Part shown: positions 27,961-40,744 of the stretch, piece by piece
Layout of the letters: each line of letters opens with the position of its first letter
Numbering within the stretch: the stretch's first letter is position 1
Origin: Octopus bimaculoides
Lineage: Eukaryota
NCBI RefSeq assembly: GCF_001194135.2
Contig: NC_069004.1
Coordinates: 13,239,791 to 13,303,790, forward strand
Reading direction: 5' to 3'
Length of the DNA stretch: 64,000 nucleotides
Program-made: the position numbers and the translations under genes
The notes under the pieces: generated by a model
What the model was told of the DNA's origin: nothing
What the model saw: only the letters and a program-made list of their open reading frames with translations
Databases searched by the model: none

Positions 27961-29195
27961 AGCGGAATGGTTTCTCTCCCTGTTTTTCTAACTCGGTCGG
28001 TAGTTGTGTGAATTAAAAAGTGCTACTAGCAGGTCGTTGTTGTTGTTGTTGCTTCGCCTTAGGTCAGTTCCGATAAGATGGTCATGTCTGGTACGCTATA
28101 GCGTTCCAGACATGACCATCTTGTTTCGTTTTATGTCATTAGATTTTTTATTTTTTATTTTTCAGACTACGTTATCTAATATGCCCTTCTTTTTTCTATA
28201 AGATTGTAGGGTGTTGATTTTAAGAGAGATTTGGCTGCTATTTCTAGCAACGTGTTAAGTGACACCGTAAAGGTTGTCCACGTTGGCTCGTGTTGTGGTT
28301 GTTGTTGATAGTGATGGTAATGCTTATGATTAGCGTTGATGGCACTGTGGAATGGTATTTCTGTCTCCCCCTCTCTTTCCTTCTCTCTCTCTCTCTCTAT
28401 GCCAGTCGGTCGCCGAATGGGATGAGAAGTGGCAAGTTGTTTTGGTAGTGGTGTTGATAGTAGCAATGATGTTGTTATTGTTATTTCGCCCTAGGTCAAC
28501 TCTAACTAAGCAGTCCTATGATCAAACGCAACGCATATAAGATTGCCTTATTCAATGTCCTCTCCTTTTCAAGACGGTACGATGTACTTTGGGTGAGATT
28601 TGGCTACTATTTCCAGCATTTAGTGTGACTATGTAAAAAGGCTTCCTCGCTGACTCTACACTAATTTACTGCATATTGGTGACTGTAGCAGTGATGTTAG
28701 TAAATGTTATCGTGGTCGAGCAGACACATATAATCAGAAGCATTCTACCCATGACCATCCCGTCTTATTACACATAGTTTATCGTAGACTATGTTATTCA
28801 ATGTCCTTTCTTCTTGCAGGTTTAATTTGAGAGATTTGATGGGGTTTTTTTCTTTTTCTAGCAAGTTAAATGACTACATTAAAGGCTCTCACATTTGGCT
28901 GGGCTTGTGTATGGATGTTGGTTTATGTTAGTTTATGTTTGTAGTGTTGGTGGATGTTTCTGGCAGCAGAGATGGTAGAATTACTTATGGAAGGAGAATG
29001 GTTTATATAGGATTACTCCTGTCTTCTTTTCTCTCATTTTTTTTTTCTGTCTTAGTCTTTCTGTATGTCGGTGACTAGAGTTGCGAACAAAGTCGTTCCT
29101 ATTTAACCCCAGGTCGACCCTGATCGAGGAGACTTATCATCAGACGCATTCTGAATGGTCTTTTAAGTGAAAAATAAAACTACATTATAAAATAT

Positions 29196-29394
29196 GGAAT
29201 CTTGTTAAATTTCTTTCAACCATTTCAAATTTTCACCAGATTATTTTTTTAAAAATGTAGTTTTGCATGCTGATTACGAAAATCGTATTCATTTTATTTT
29301 TAAAAATTAATAATACAAAAAAGTTACATGAATGTAGAAAATGAAAAAAAAATTAGTGAATTTCAAATGGTTGATAGAAATTTAACACGATCCC
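29196..29394. mobile_element. Small inverted-repeat element (MITE-like)
   Basis: Inverted ends of about 35 bp: ggaatcttgttaaatttctttcaaccatttcaaattt / gaatttcaaatggttgatagaaatttaacacgatccc. Confidence 0.6.
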
Positions 29395-30919
29395 GTCTTT
29401 TATTTAAATGGTTGGGGTGTAATTTTGAAGGAAATTTAGTTGCTATTTCTCGCAAGTCAAGCAACGGTTACAAGAGGCGTCCTCGTTGGTTTGTTGATAC
29501 TTGTGTTGTGCATGTGGTTGGTGGTGGTGGTGGTGACGGTTGGAGTAATCATGATGGAACAATATTACGGTTTCTGTAACTTCTTTCTCCCTTCCTCCGA
29601 CTCCTCTAAAAGTGGTGGAGTGGGTTCTAATGCTAAGACAGTTTTGCACTATTAGAAAGCAGGCGGCATCGCCGTAAGGTGTTTTGTGCTGGGTCAGAAG
29701 GATAGTGAGGGGTGACCGAATGATAGAACTGCGAAAGAGGGTCTGTCTGTCAGTCGGGTCAGCGAGAAAAGACAGTTGGCGGTAGCAGCAGTGATGGTAA
29801 ATAAAACAATGAAACTTTGGCATGGTCTGTTGGTGGTTGGTCGGTGGGATAGACCGGTAGAAGTATGTTCTAGGTAAAGGTTTGCCACTTTGGCAAAGAC
29901 CCCATCCCATTTAGTAGTAAAACGAATGATACTCTATCCCGACTACTATAAGTAAAAGGACACCAATTCATTCATTCTCTCTATCTTCTCTTTAAACGTA
30001 TGTACTTTCGTTTACTCTTTCTTTCTTTCTAGCTTTCTTTCCCTTCCATCCTCTTTTTTCGAAGTAAATACTTTCTTTCCATCTCTTTTTTCTCTCGTTT
30101 ATTCGTTCTTCTCTCTCTCTCTCTCTCCTTTCAGTCTGTCTTTTTTTTTTTTTTTTTGCTCCTACCGTCTTCTTTCACTAATTTTTTCTTTTGTCTTTTC
30201 CCCCCAACAATCTCTCCTTTTATTTTTTTCCCCCCCTCTCTTTGTCTTCCTAATCATTTTCCTCTGCTGCATTCGTTTGAAATAGCAGTCAAGTCTTCCT
30301 TATATCAACCCCAACCGTCTTGAAAAAGGAAGAACTACTCAGATAATGTAGACCATAGATTTGATTGATCAAGGCTGGTCTGCAACAACAACAAAAAAAA
30401 CACATCATCTTTGTTAACCTCGATACTATGTTGATTTTATCTATTTGTGTTATTTCCCTTATTTAAGCGGTTTTATGTAATCCCACACCGTGTCGTCATG
30501 GATCATTTTCGATGTTTTTGTCAACCCTTCTAGTTCAAAAAGAAAATATTACCATTAACTCGACAAAATGCTCATCGGCATGAGTTCAAAACACGCCGAG
30601 GTCAACTTTGCCTTTCGTTCGTTCGCAGTCGATAAAATAAAGTACCAGTCTGGAGTCAATATTCTCGACTAAATTGTTCCCGCTAAAACTGCTGGTCTTG
30701 TGTCACAAGTTGAAACAATTATTGTTATTAACAGAAATCATTATCTTGAGAGTTCATATTCCACTTTGCCTCTCCATACTTTTGGGCGGATAAAATATTT
30801 TAACGATCAAGTACTAAGATCGATTTCATCGATTATACCACCCTCCCCCACAATCTGTAGAACTGTGCCAATATTAGAAATAATAATAATCATTATTATC
30901 ACTATTTTTAATTATTACT

Positions 30920-32125
30920 TAAGGTGGCGAATTGGGAGAAACGTTAGCACGCCGGGCAAAATGCTTGGCGGTATTTCGTCTGCTGGTACGTTCTGAGTTC
31001 AAATTCAGCCGAGGTCGACTTTGCCTTTCATCCTTTCGGGGTCGATAAATTAAGTATCAGTTACGCACTGGAGTCGATAAATTAAGTACCAGTTTGTCCC
31101 CTCTATGTTTAGCCCCCTGTGGGCAATAAAGAAATAACAATTGTTAACATGCTGGACGAAATGCTTAGGGCTATTTCTCCTGTCACTAAATTCTGAGTTC
31201 AAACCCTGCTGAGGTCGACTTGGCCTTTCATCCTTTCATGGTCAATAAATTAAGTATCAGTGAAACACTGGGGGTCAATGTAATTGACTAGTCCCTTCTG
31301 CCAAAATTTAAGGCCTTGTACCTTTAGTAGAAAGGATTATTATTATTATTATTTATGGTGGTGAGCTGGCAGAATCGTTAGCACGCCAGGCAAAATGCTT
31401 AATGACATTTTACCTGTCTTTACATTCTGAGTTCAAATTTCGCTGAGGTTGACTTCTCATCCTTTTGGGGTTGATAAATTAAGTGCTTGTGAAACATTGG
31501 AGTTGATGTAATTGACTAGTCCCCTGCCCCCAAATTATTGGCCTCGTACCAATATTTGAAACCATTATTATTGTAAGGTGGTGAACTGGCAGAATCTTTA
31601 GAACGTTGGGTGAAAGGCTTAGCGGCATTTCGACCGTCTACATTCTGAGTTCAAATACTGCCGAGGTCAACTTTGCCTTTCATCCTTTCAGGGTCAATGA
31701 AATAAGTATCAGTTATACACTGGGGTTGATGTAATCTACTTAATCCCCTCCCCCAATCTGCCCTTGCAGCAAAAATTTGAAACAATATATTATTATTGTT
31801 GAGTTCAAATTTCACTGAAATCGACTTTGCCCTTCATCCTTTTGGGGTCAATAAAATAAGTACCAGTTGAACACTGGGGTTGATGTAATCGACTAGACCC
31901 CTCTCCTAAAATTACTGCCCTTGTGGCAAAATTTGGAACCATTATTACTATTATTGTTATTTGAAAATTTACTTTGTATTATTTATTTAATGTCTATTGT
32001 ATTCTGCGTTCAATTCCCACCAAAATCAACTCTGTGTTTCACCCTTTTAAAGTTAACAAAACAGTGAACCAGTCAAGTACTTGGGGTGATTTAATCACTG
32101 CCCACACAAAAATTTCTAGCCTTAT
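30920..32125 (+). mobile_element. Head-to-tail array of about 6 SINE family B copies
   Basis: Repeated unit aaggtggcga(g)ctggcagaa..gttagcacg..gagttcaaatt..gaggtcgactttgcctttcatcctt..aagtaccagt..tttgaaacc, separated by (TAT)n. Confidence 0.85.
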
Positions 32126-32127
32126 AT

Positions 32128-32523
32128 ACTCTTTTACTCTTTTATTTGTTTCAGTCATTTGACTGCGGCCATACTGGAGCACCGCCTTTAGTCAAGCAAA
32201 TCGACCCCGGGACTTATTCTTTGTAAGCCTAGTACTTATTCTATCAGTCTATTTTGCCGAACCGCTAAGTGACGGGGACTTAAACACACCAGCATCGGTT
32301 GTCAAGCAATGCTAGGGGGACAAACACACATACATATACATATATATATATATATATACGACGGGCTTCTTTCAGTTTCCGTCTACCAAATCCTCTCACA
32401 AGGCTTTGGTCGGCCCGAGGCTATAGTAGAAGACACTTGCCCAAGGTGCCACGCAGTGGGACTGAACCCGGAACCATGTGGTTGGTAAGCAAGCTACTTA
32501 CCACATATCCACTCCTGCGCCTA
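32128..32523 (-). mobile_element. tRNA-derived SINE family A, full-length, CpG-intact copy
   Basis: A/B-box head (gtggtaagtagcttgcttaccaaccacatggttccgggttcagtccc), internal (TA)/(TG) tract and a gaaacaaataaaagagtaaaagag tail. Many homologous copies in the window. Confidence 0.85.
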
Positions 32524-33876
32524 TCTCTGTAAAAAAAAAAAATCAACATTATTCCTCATGTTAGTTTAGTTTTGTTCTTTTAATAATATTTCGTTTATTA
32601 AAAACTGATCTAATTGATCAAAATGCTGTTTTTGCGGCTAATAATGCATTCTGCTGCTGCTGCTGCTTTGAAACCCATTGACTGCAGTATCCCGATTCAG
32701 TTGGGACCAGATCATGTGAAAAAATTGTACCCTATAAACGGCTGCACATTGAAATAGAGAATAAAAGTCGATATTTTTTATGTGAAGAATTCTTTCCTAC
32801 ACATTTGTTCTTTTTTTATTCATACATATTTTTCATTAATTTATCTATTTATTCAAATATACACTCACACACAAAACACACACGCACACACATTCAAATA
32901 AATGCATATATACAATGCATATTGTACATATAATGTACACTAACATAATTACTAATTTACTCATTCATTGGTCTCAGTTAGTCATTGGAATGTGGTCATG
33001 CTGGAGCATTGCTTTGAAAGGATTTTTGATTTGATATATCAAATTCCAGTATATATTTTGGTCTGGTACTTATGTTATAGATTTTTGTTTGTCAAACTTG
33101 TAAGTTATGAGACAAAAATCAGACAGGTTTTGTTTTGGCCTGTGTAAATGAGAACACAAACATGACACACACATATACACACATATGCACATATACACAC
33201 ACATCCATCCATTCAAACATACATACACACATGATGGCCATCCACTCGTGACCGAGGAAGACCATTACCGACCTTCGGGAACAATGTGTGCTCTAGGACT
33301 AACATATTTTGCATTTGTGGCTCCGTTGGTGGCTAATGAGCCCACATATGTACATACATAGATGCATACATACCTATGTGGCGATGGCTGTTTACTCGTT
33401 AGGCAAGCATGACCATTGCTGACAGATAAGTGTCAGCTATACCCATGCAATGGTTTTCAGTTGAGTATGGCTTACACAACCCCACAATGACTCTCACCAG
33501 CACCAAGAAGCCCAGAGACAAGCAAAGTGCAAGATATCTGGCTCAGAAGAGCAGCTGGTTTTATAAACGAGTTAGCCTTCTCCTGGAGAGATGCCTTGGC
33601 AAAGACCAGGGGTCCCTCCCTCCCAGTGGCCTTACTGCACCCCTCAGACACCAACCTAAGTATTTCTATCTTCTGTCATTCATATGTTAGTTAACCCATT
33701 GCTGAGACCCTGACAGGTGCTACTACTCCAGGTCTGAGTAGAAATGGGAATAGTGGTGGTTAACAGGTGGTTCCACACTCCTCTGAACCTTGGAAATCCT
33801 GAACCAAATTCCCGCTACTGGATGCAGTTTAAAGTCATACCCAGAACATACATACATACACACTTACATACAAGTG

Positions 33877-34020
33877 AAAGAAGATATCTATGGAATACTG
33901 ATTAGGAGTTTGCAAATCCAGTTCTCAAAATACTCAATCAGCTTCATACCTATAATTATTGAAGCAACAGGATACACACCAACCTGTCTGGTGCAAAGTA
34001 TGGTTGAACTGAGAATGCAA
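33877..34020 (+). mobile_element. R4-like RLE fragment
   Basis: KEDIYGILIRSLQIQFSKYSISFIPIIIEATGYTP, the same motif family as 4365-4555. Confidence 0.6.
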
Positions 34021-34214
34021 ATCCTTAATTCATATGCTGCAAATGACCATGATATCTGGGACTATAAAAATCTGTGAGACTTTCTTAAGATTTAAAGGAT
34101 GATGGTTAAATCAAAGTACTTTCCTTCATAAACTTGCTACCAAGTAGGCGGCCGGTCAAAGTTTACTCTAAATTAGAAAGAGAAAGGGTAGACATACATA
34201 TATTCGCTCCAGAG

Positions 34215-34295
34215 CAGTGGAAAATTGTCAGTGTTGTTCACCTGTTCAAAAAAGGTGATCACACATCACCTGTCAACTACCGTCCAGTCAGTCTG
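34215..34295 (+). mobile_element. Short LINE (CR1/L2/RTE-type) RT fragment
   Basis: QWKIVSVVHLFKKGDHTSPVNYRPVSL, matching the WK.A.V.P.FKKGD...NYRPVSL RT-proximal motif. Confidence 0.65.
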
Positions 34296-34459
34296 GAAGA
34301 TGTCGAAGGGAGTGGGAAGGAGGAGGCACCTCCAATGGACTCCCATGGTTCTGTGAAACCATTCATCGATGGTGCCTTGTTTGAGTACTGCTGTGGTTAT
34401 CTTGGAGTAGAGGTGTTGCTTGAATAGCATGGGTCACCTGCTATACCATCTTTTGTTTT

Positions 34460-34656
34460 TTATCTTTTACTTGTTTCGGTCATGAGACCGTGGCCATGCT
34501 GGGGCACCACCTTAAAAAACTTTTAGTCTAATGAATCAACCCTAGTACTTATTTTTTTTAAAACCTGTTACTTATTCTATCGGTCTCTTTTATGCTGAAC
34601 TGCTAAGTTGCAGGGATGTAAACAAACCAAAATCGGTTGTCAAGTGGTAGTGAGGG

Positions 34657-34691
<35 letters not shown>

Positions 34692-34835
34692 GGGCTTCTT
34701 TCAGTTTTTGTCAACCAAATTCACTTGCAAGGTTTTGGTTGGCCCAAGGCTATAGTTAAAAACACTCACACACGGTGCCATGCAGTGGAACTGAACCTGG
34801 AACTATGCGGTTGGAAAGCAATTACATGCCTGCAC
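34460..34835 (-). mobile_element. SINE family A
   Basis: Collinear similarity. Confidence 0.75.
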
Positions 34836-34939
34836 CATATTGATTTCTTTTATTATGGTCCCTAGAATAGCATGCCAGGCTTTACCATACATCCATACAC
34901 ACACATATATACAACCATACATACATACACACATACATA

Positions 34940-35265
34940 CACCCATATACACTGGCACTCTGTTAATTATGATGACGAGGGTTCCAGCTGATCAACAGAA
35001 TAGCCAGCTCGTTAAATTATCACGCAAGTTACTGAGCACTCCACAGACACACCCTTGACATAGTTCTCGGGGAGATTCAGTGTAACATAGAAAGTGACAA
35101 AACTGGCCCCTTCGAATTAATTACAGGTACAACTCATTTTTGCCAGCTGAGTGGAATGGAGCAACATGAAATAAAGTGTCTTGCTCAAGGACACTACATG
35201 TCACTGGGAATTGAACTCACGACCTTACGATTGTAAGCCAAATACCCTAACCACTTAGCCTTCAC
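34940..35265 (-). mobile_element. SINE, same subfamily as 53465-53790
   Basis: Collinear similarity. Confidence 0.7.
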
Positions 35266-35679
35266 TTGACAAATACACACATACATATATACACACATAT
35301 ATACTCATATATGCATGCACACACGCACACACATACATATATATGTATGTATAATGTTCACATATGTGTCCCACTTGTTGAGTGGTTTATGACGAGCATT
35401 TGGTCTACAGCAGAGACACAGTTCAATTTCCATCCATGAGTCTGTTTACTTTCTTTTCCTGTCTAACAGGTATATTTACCTGACATTTTATGAACTGTTA
35501 TTATTTATTCTATTTATTTATAACTTTGTTTGTATTTGAGCTTCATTTGCATTTGAACTTCAAACTTCTGAATGCTTTGAACAAAACCAAAACTCACACA
35601 CACACACACATGCCGTTATGCAAACCATTCGTCTGTTCATTTTATGTCTGTGTTTCCACGCTTGCATGGGTTGGATGAA

Positions 35680-36186
35680 TTGTTGTTGTTGGCACTCCAT
35701 CGCTTACAATGTCGAGGTTTCCAGTTGATCCGTTCAACGGAACAGCCTGCTCGTGAAATTAACGTGCAAGTGGCTGAGCACTCCACAGACACGTGTACCC
35801 TTAATGTAGTTCTCGGGGATATTCAGTGTGACACAGTGTGACAAGGTTGACCCTTTGAATTACAGGCACAACAGAAACAAGAAGTAAGAGTGAGAGAAAG
35901 TTGTGGTGAAAGAGTACAGCAGAGTTTGTCACCACCCCCTGCCGGAGNNNNNNNNNNTGTGACAAGGTTGACCCTTTGAATTACAGGCACAACAGAAACA
36001 AGAAGTAAGAGTGAGAGAAAGTTGTGGTGAAAGAGTACAGCAGAGTTTGTCACCACCCCCTGCCGGAGCCTCGTGGAGCTTTAGGTGTTTTCGCTCAATA
36101 AACACTCACAACACCCGGTCTGGGAATTGAAACTGCGATCCTATGACCGTGAGTCTGCTGCCCTAACCACTGGGTCATTGCGCCTC
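35680..36186 (-). mobile_element. SINE family C, with an assembly-overlap duplication at the 10-N gap
   Basis: Collinear similarity. 35837-35947 is repeated exactly at 35958-36068. Confidence 0.8.
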
Positions 36187-37974
36187 CGCATGAGAATACA
36201 TACACAAAACAAAACATCTACTAAACCCATTCACAAGGCTTTGGTTGGCCCGAAACTATTGTGGATACTTGCCCAAGGTGCCACACAGTGGGACTGAACT
36301 CAGAACCATGTGACTGGAAAGCAAACTTCTTATCACATAGCAACACACACACACACATATATATATAGAGAGAGAGAGACAGAGACAGACAGACAGACAA
36401 ATAGATAGATGTATATATTTATCATCATCATCATCATCATCATTATCACTTAATATGTGTCTGACAAACTGACAATGGTGAATGATTTGAGTGGGGCTGA
36501 GGAGTTGGTAGACTGCATCATGGATCATTGTCTACTTTGGCTGTGACTAGTTTCTCTTCTTAATGACAACCATTTTACCAGATGTACTGGATCCTCTTTC
36601 TTTTGTGTGTGTGTGTGTGTGTGTTAGATACCAGCACTTGTGAAAATTGCCTTGTAACTTAGGTTACAAGGTTAAATCTCTAAAGTGATGCCTATAAATG
36701 AAGAATAGAAGAGAGGTTGAGAGATGGTCCTAGGTGGAGGTCCAAAAGTAGTAAGAGTGGAGTAAGTATATGTGTACACACACACACACACACACACATT
36801 CGACAGTCTTCCATACAGCTTCTGTCTAAAACATTTTGGTAACAAGATATTCAATGAAAAATTTGAAACCTGAACTCTTAGTCCAATACAGTATAGTATA
36901 AGGCAAAAAGGGTCACACTGTTAGTGACCACCACAAAAAGCAAATGGAAAGATATTTGATCTGATGAAGAATCTTTGATCCAAAAGCACTCATGTGAATA
37001 AACCTAACCTGACAACTAACAACAAGGCTTCATGCTGCATGAAGTTCTATCTACCTGTCTATCTGTCTATCTATCTGTCTACCTATCTACTTTATTTCAA
37101 TAAATTCGCCATTAACGGCGTTACATAGAGGGGACAAACAAAAACAGGGGACAAACAAAGACAGACAGACATAAAGTAGCTGCGGGCTGGACATGGACAT
37201 TAATGAGATGAGGGTGATAAAGATGAAACAAATAATGAGAGAGGCACCAGTGCCCGCCAACTGATAACATTGTTCAGTTTTGTTTTGTTTTTTTTTCTTT
37301 TGAAAAACACTTGTGAGGTTGCAAACCTCTTACACTATCAAAATTACAATTTTTACATAATTTCAATATATTAAAAATTCACAATTTTCGTCATTCCACC
37401 ACTCCGCAAGCAGATACCTACCTACCTACCTACCTTTCTATCTATCTATCTATCTATCTACCCATCTGGCTATCTATTCAGTTACAGTATTTCATCCTCC
37501 TCCTTTACCTTCCTAACCTCTCCTGCTAATGGTGTTACCCTATTCTCCTTCTATACAATACCATAACCATGTTGCCTGAGATACACCAGCACATTATTCT
37601 CAGTCCACTGGTCACTTTTTTGACCACTTTCAAAGTGTTTGCTTTGTCTATTTCTTGTAATCTTTAATTTTTCACTTGTTTCAGTCATTGGACTGCAGCC
37701 ATGCTGGGGCAGCACCATAAAGGGTCTAGTCAAACAAATTGACCCCAGAACTTATTTCTTTTTAAGTCTGGTACTTATCCTATCATTCTCTTTTGCTGAA
37801 TTGCTAAGTTAGAGAGAGGGAAACAAACCAACACCAGTTGTCAAATAGGACACACACACAATACATACATACACCTGTTGAAAGACTGTTTGCGTAAATT
37901 ATGTAACAGAGTAGTCTCCCTTCAATAGTTAGTTCTGTTGCACATTAATCACTGTGTTTAGTTATAATAAAACT

Positions 37975-38333
37975 GTTGTTGGCACTCCGTCGCGGGTTCC
38001 AGTTGATCCGATCAACGGAACAGCCTGCTCGTGAAATTAATAGAAAAGTGGCTGAGCACTCCACAGACACGTGTACCCTTAACGTAGTTCTCGGGAATAT
38101 TCAGCGTGACACAGTGTGACAAGGCTGACCCTTTGAATTACAGGTACAACAGGAACAGGAAGTAAGAGTGAGAGAAAGTTGTGGTGAAAGAGTACAGCAG
38201 GGTTCGCCGGAGCCTCGTGGAGCTTTTAGGTGTTTTCGCTCAATAAACACTCACAACGCCAGGTCTGGGAATCGAAACCGCGATCCTATGACCACGAGTC
38301 CGTTGCCCTAACCACTGGGCCATTGCGCCTCCA
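37975..38333 (-). mobile_element. SINE family C, full-length
   Basis: Collinear with 47667-47961, with a (AAC)n-type tail (tgttgttggcactccgtcgc). Confidence 0.85.
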
Positions 38334-38689
38334 CTATAATAAAACTAAGCTTACTTGAACTAACGTGGGAATTTTAAAAGGCTAGAAATAACAGCCAAAA
38401 TTACCTTTACCGTTACAAGACATACATACATACCGGTATGTTAAATAACAGCAAAAATTCTTGATTTATTAAAATAATCTCTACCTCAAGTATCTATCTA
38501 TCTATCTATCTATATGTATACATATATATGTCTATATCTATGTATGTATGTATAGATATATATGTATGTATGTATGTATGGTCTTAATGCTATAAGAATT
38601 AAGGCGGCGTGCTGGCAGAAACGTTAGCACGCCAGGCGAAATGCTTAGCACCATTCATTCAGCACACAATAAGCACCATTCATTGATTG

Positions 38690-39075
38690 CAGCCTGTCTG
38701 GCTCCCCGTGCCAGTGACACGTAAAAAGCACCATCCGAACGTGGTCAATGCCAGCTCCACCGCCCTGACTGGCCTCTGTGTCGGTGGCACGTAAAGAGCA
38801 CCATCCGAACGTGACCGATACCAGTGCCACCTGTCTGGCTGCCCGTACCAGTGACACGTAAAAAGCACCATCCGAACATAGCTGATGCCAGTGCTGCCTG
38901 ATTGGCTCCTGTGTCACTACACTCTCGGAGTGGTTGGCGTTAGGAAGGGCATCCAGCTGTAAAAACACTGCCAGATCAGATTGGAGCCTGGTGTGGGCTC
39001 CTGGCTTGCCAGTCCCCAGTCAAACTGTCCAACCCATACCAGTATGGAAAGCGAGCATCAAACGATGATGATCTG
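38690..39075 (+). mobile_element. Retroposon with internal tandem units of about 66 bp and a (GAT)n-type tail
   Basis: Three units containing cacgtaaaaagcaccatccgaac, then gagtggttggcgttaggaagggcatccagc..aacccat..aaacgatgatga. Same family at 12969-13310, with tail fragments at about 4030-4170, 43240-43350, 43650-43780, 57340-57515 and 59870-60080. Confidence 0.75.
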
Positions 39076-39484
39076 TATTTAAGGCATGCCAAATGAGATA
39101 TTATTTTTTAATTGGAGGAGGTAAGTCGATTACATCGACCCAATGTTCAACTGGTACTTATTTTAATCGACCTCAGTGGAATTCGAACGTAAAGACGGGC
39201 GAAATGCCGCCAAGCATTTCGCCCGGTGCGCTAACGATTTTGCCAGCTCGCCGTCTTAAATACAAATAACATATCGACATTTGAAATATCATTTAATATG
39301 GGTTAGAAAATAACGGGAGGTAACTTTTGGAACACTCATTTAAGTCATCTCCCTTTGATTCATAACCCGTACAATTGAAATTTTCGAAGATAGGACAAGT
39401 GGAATTACTAGCACCAATAATTAACTGGTACTTCAGTTGTTCAACCCCAGAGGGATGAACGACTAAGATGACGGCATTTGAAAT

Positions 39485-40260
39485 CAAAGGATATAACTAC
39501 TATTCCCTTCAAACTTTGCTTTTGTGACCGGGACATGAATTATTTACATTATTTACATTTGACGGATATTTGTCCTCATTTTGTTTGTTGTTAACACGTT
39601 TCGGCTGATATACCCTCCAGCCTTCATTAGGTGTCTTGGGGAAATTTCAAACCTGGGTTCTCATTCCTAAGGTATTTTTCGATGTTGTTGTTATTATTAT
39701 TATTATTAGTATTCCAGTCACTGCCTGGAATCGAACTCGGAATCTTGGGATTAGTAACCCATGCTCTTAACCACTAAGCCATATGTCCGTGGGCATATGG
39801 CGTTGTGGTTACTAACCCCAAGATTCCTAGTTCGATTCCAGGCAGTGACCTGAATAACAGCAATAACAAATATCCATCAATTGTAAATGTACATAATTCC
39901 TCATCTCTTAAATATAGAACAGGACATCAATGTTTTGAAACTGACCTATTTTCCATTACTGAGTTGCTGAAGCAGAAACATTGTTATAGCAAATATTCTG
40001 CTCAATACCAGAGATTTTCTTGACCTGAACCACTTGAGCATGTCACTTAATGGCTGACACTATGTGCATCTCTGATCATGAGCAGGAGAGATGGGGGAAT
40101 ATTATAGCCATGTGTTGAGAGAGATTCTTTGGGCTTTGAATAAATGTGAAAGCAAATTTTGAAGGAAATATTAGCCATTTTTCATACTTTCTAGAAGTAA
40201 GCAAATAAGAAATAACAGCTGCTACCGAAGGACAAAAATCATGTTACACAGTGTAATGCA
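39485..40260 (+). repeat. Interspersed repeat (about 400 bp host, interrupted by 39537-39921)
   Basis: Long collinear similarity to the reverse complement of 20405-20795 (actactattcccttcaaa..gagttgctgaagcagaaa..ctctgatcatgagcaggag..aaaaatcatgttacacagtgtaat). Confidence 0.75.
39537..39921. mobile_element. Composite non-autonomous element: TIRs, hammerhead-like motif and head-to-head tRNA-like palindrome
   Basis: Flanked by GGACAT duplication (39531-39536, 39922-39927); the empty site is visible in the paralogous repeat at about 20750. Inverted ends at 39538-39573 and 39866-39898. Internal palindrome at 39717-39849. Confidence 0.75.
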
Positions 40261-40744
40261 TTATCAGAAGCATAGTCAAGATTGGCTAAAACTTTTTACT
40301 GCTTCCACTGGATACCATATTCCTTGCTGTCAATTACATTTTTTAATGATGAAATCAGCAATTATAGAAGGTCTTTAACTCCAAATAAAAATGACACAAG
40401 GTAGAGTGAGGTCCTTTTAGTCCTGCTGGCATAGGAAAATCCTATCCGACTGGTGATAAAAAGGTTATCCGGCTATAAAAACTATGCTACATGACATGTA
40501 ATAGAGTAATATTCGACTTATTTATTTATCTACTTTTATTGTTGTTGTGTGTACCAGGACAAAGGACCACTACATGTGGCAAGACACTGCGAAATCATGG
40601 CAAGATGACATGTAAAAGGCACCCATGCTGGTGACACATAAAAGACACCCAGTACGTTATGTCAAGGGCTTCCAGACATAGGAACCATGCCAAAAATGAT
40701 GAGTAAGATCACAGCAAGATGTTGTTTGTGAGAGGCTCAAGATG

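Noticed and set aside
35837-36068. Exact 111-bp tandem duplication (similar cases at 11387-11466 and 56715-56777)
   Set aside because: Identical sequence on both sides of a 10-N gap is the signature of unmerged contig overlap.
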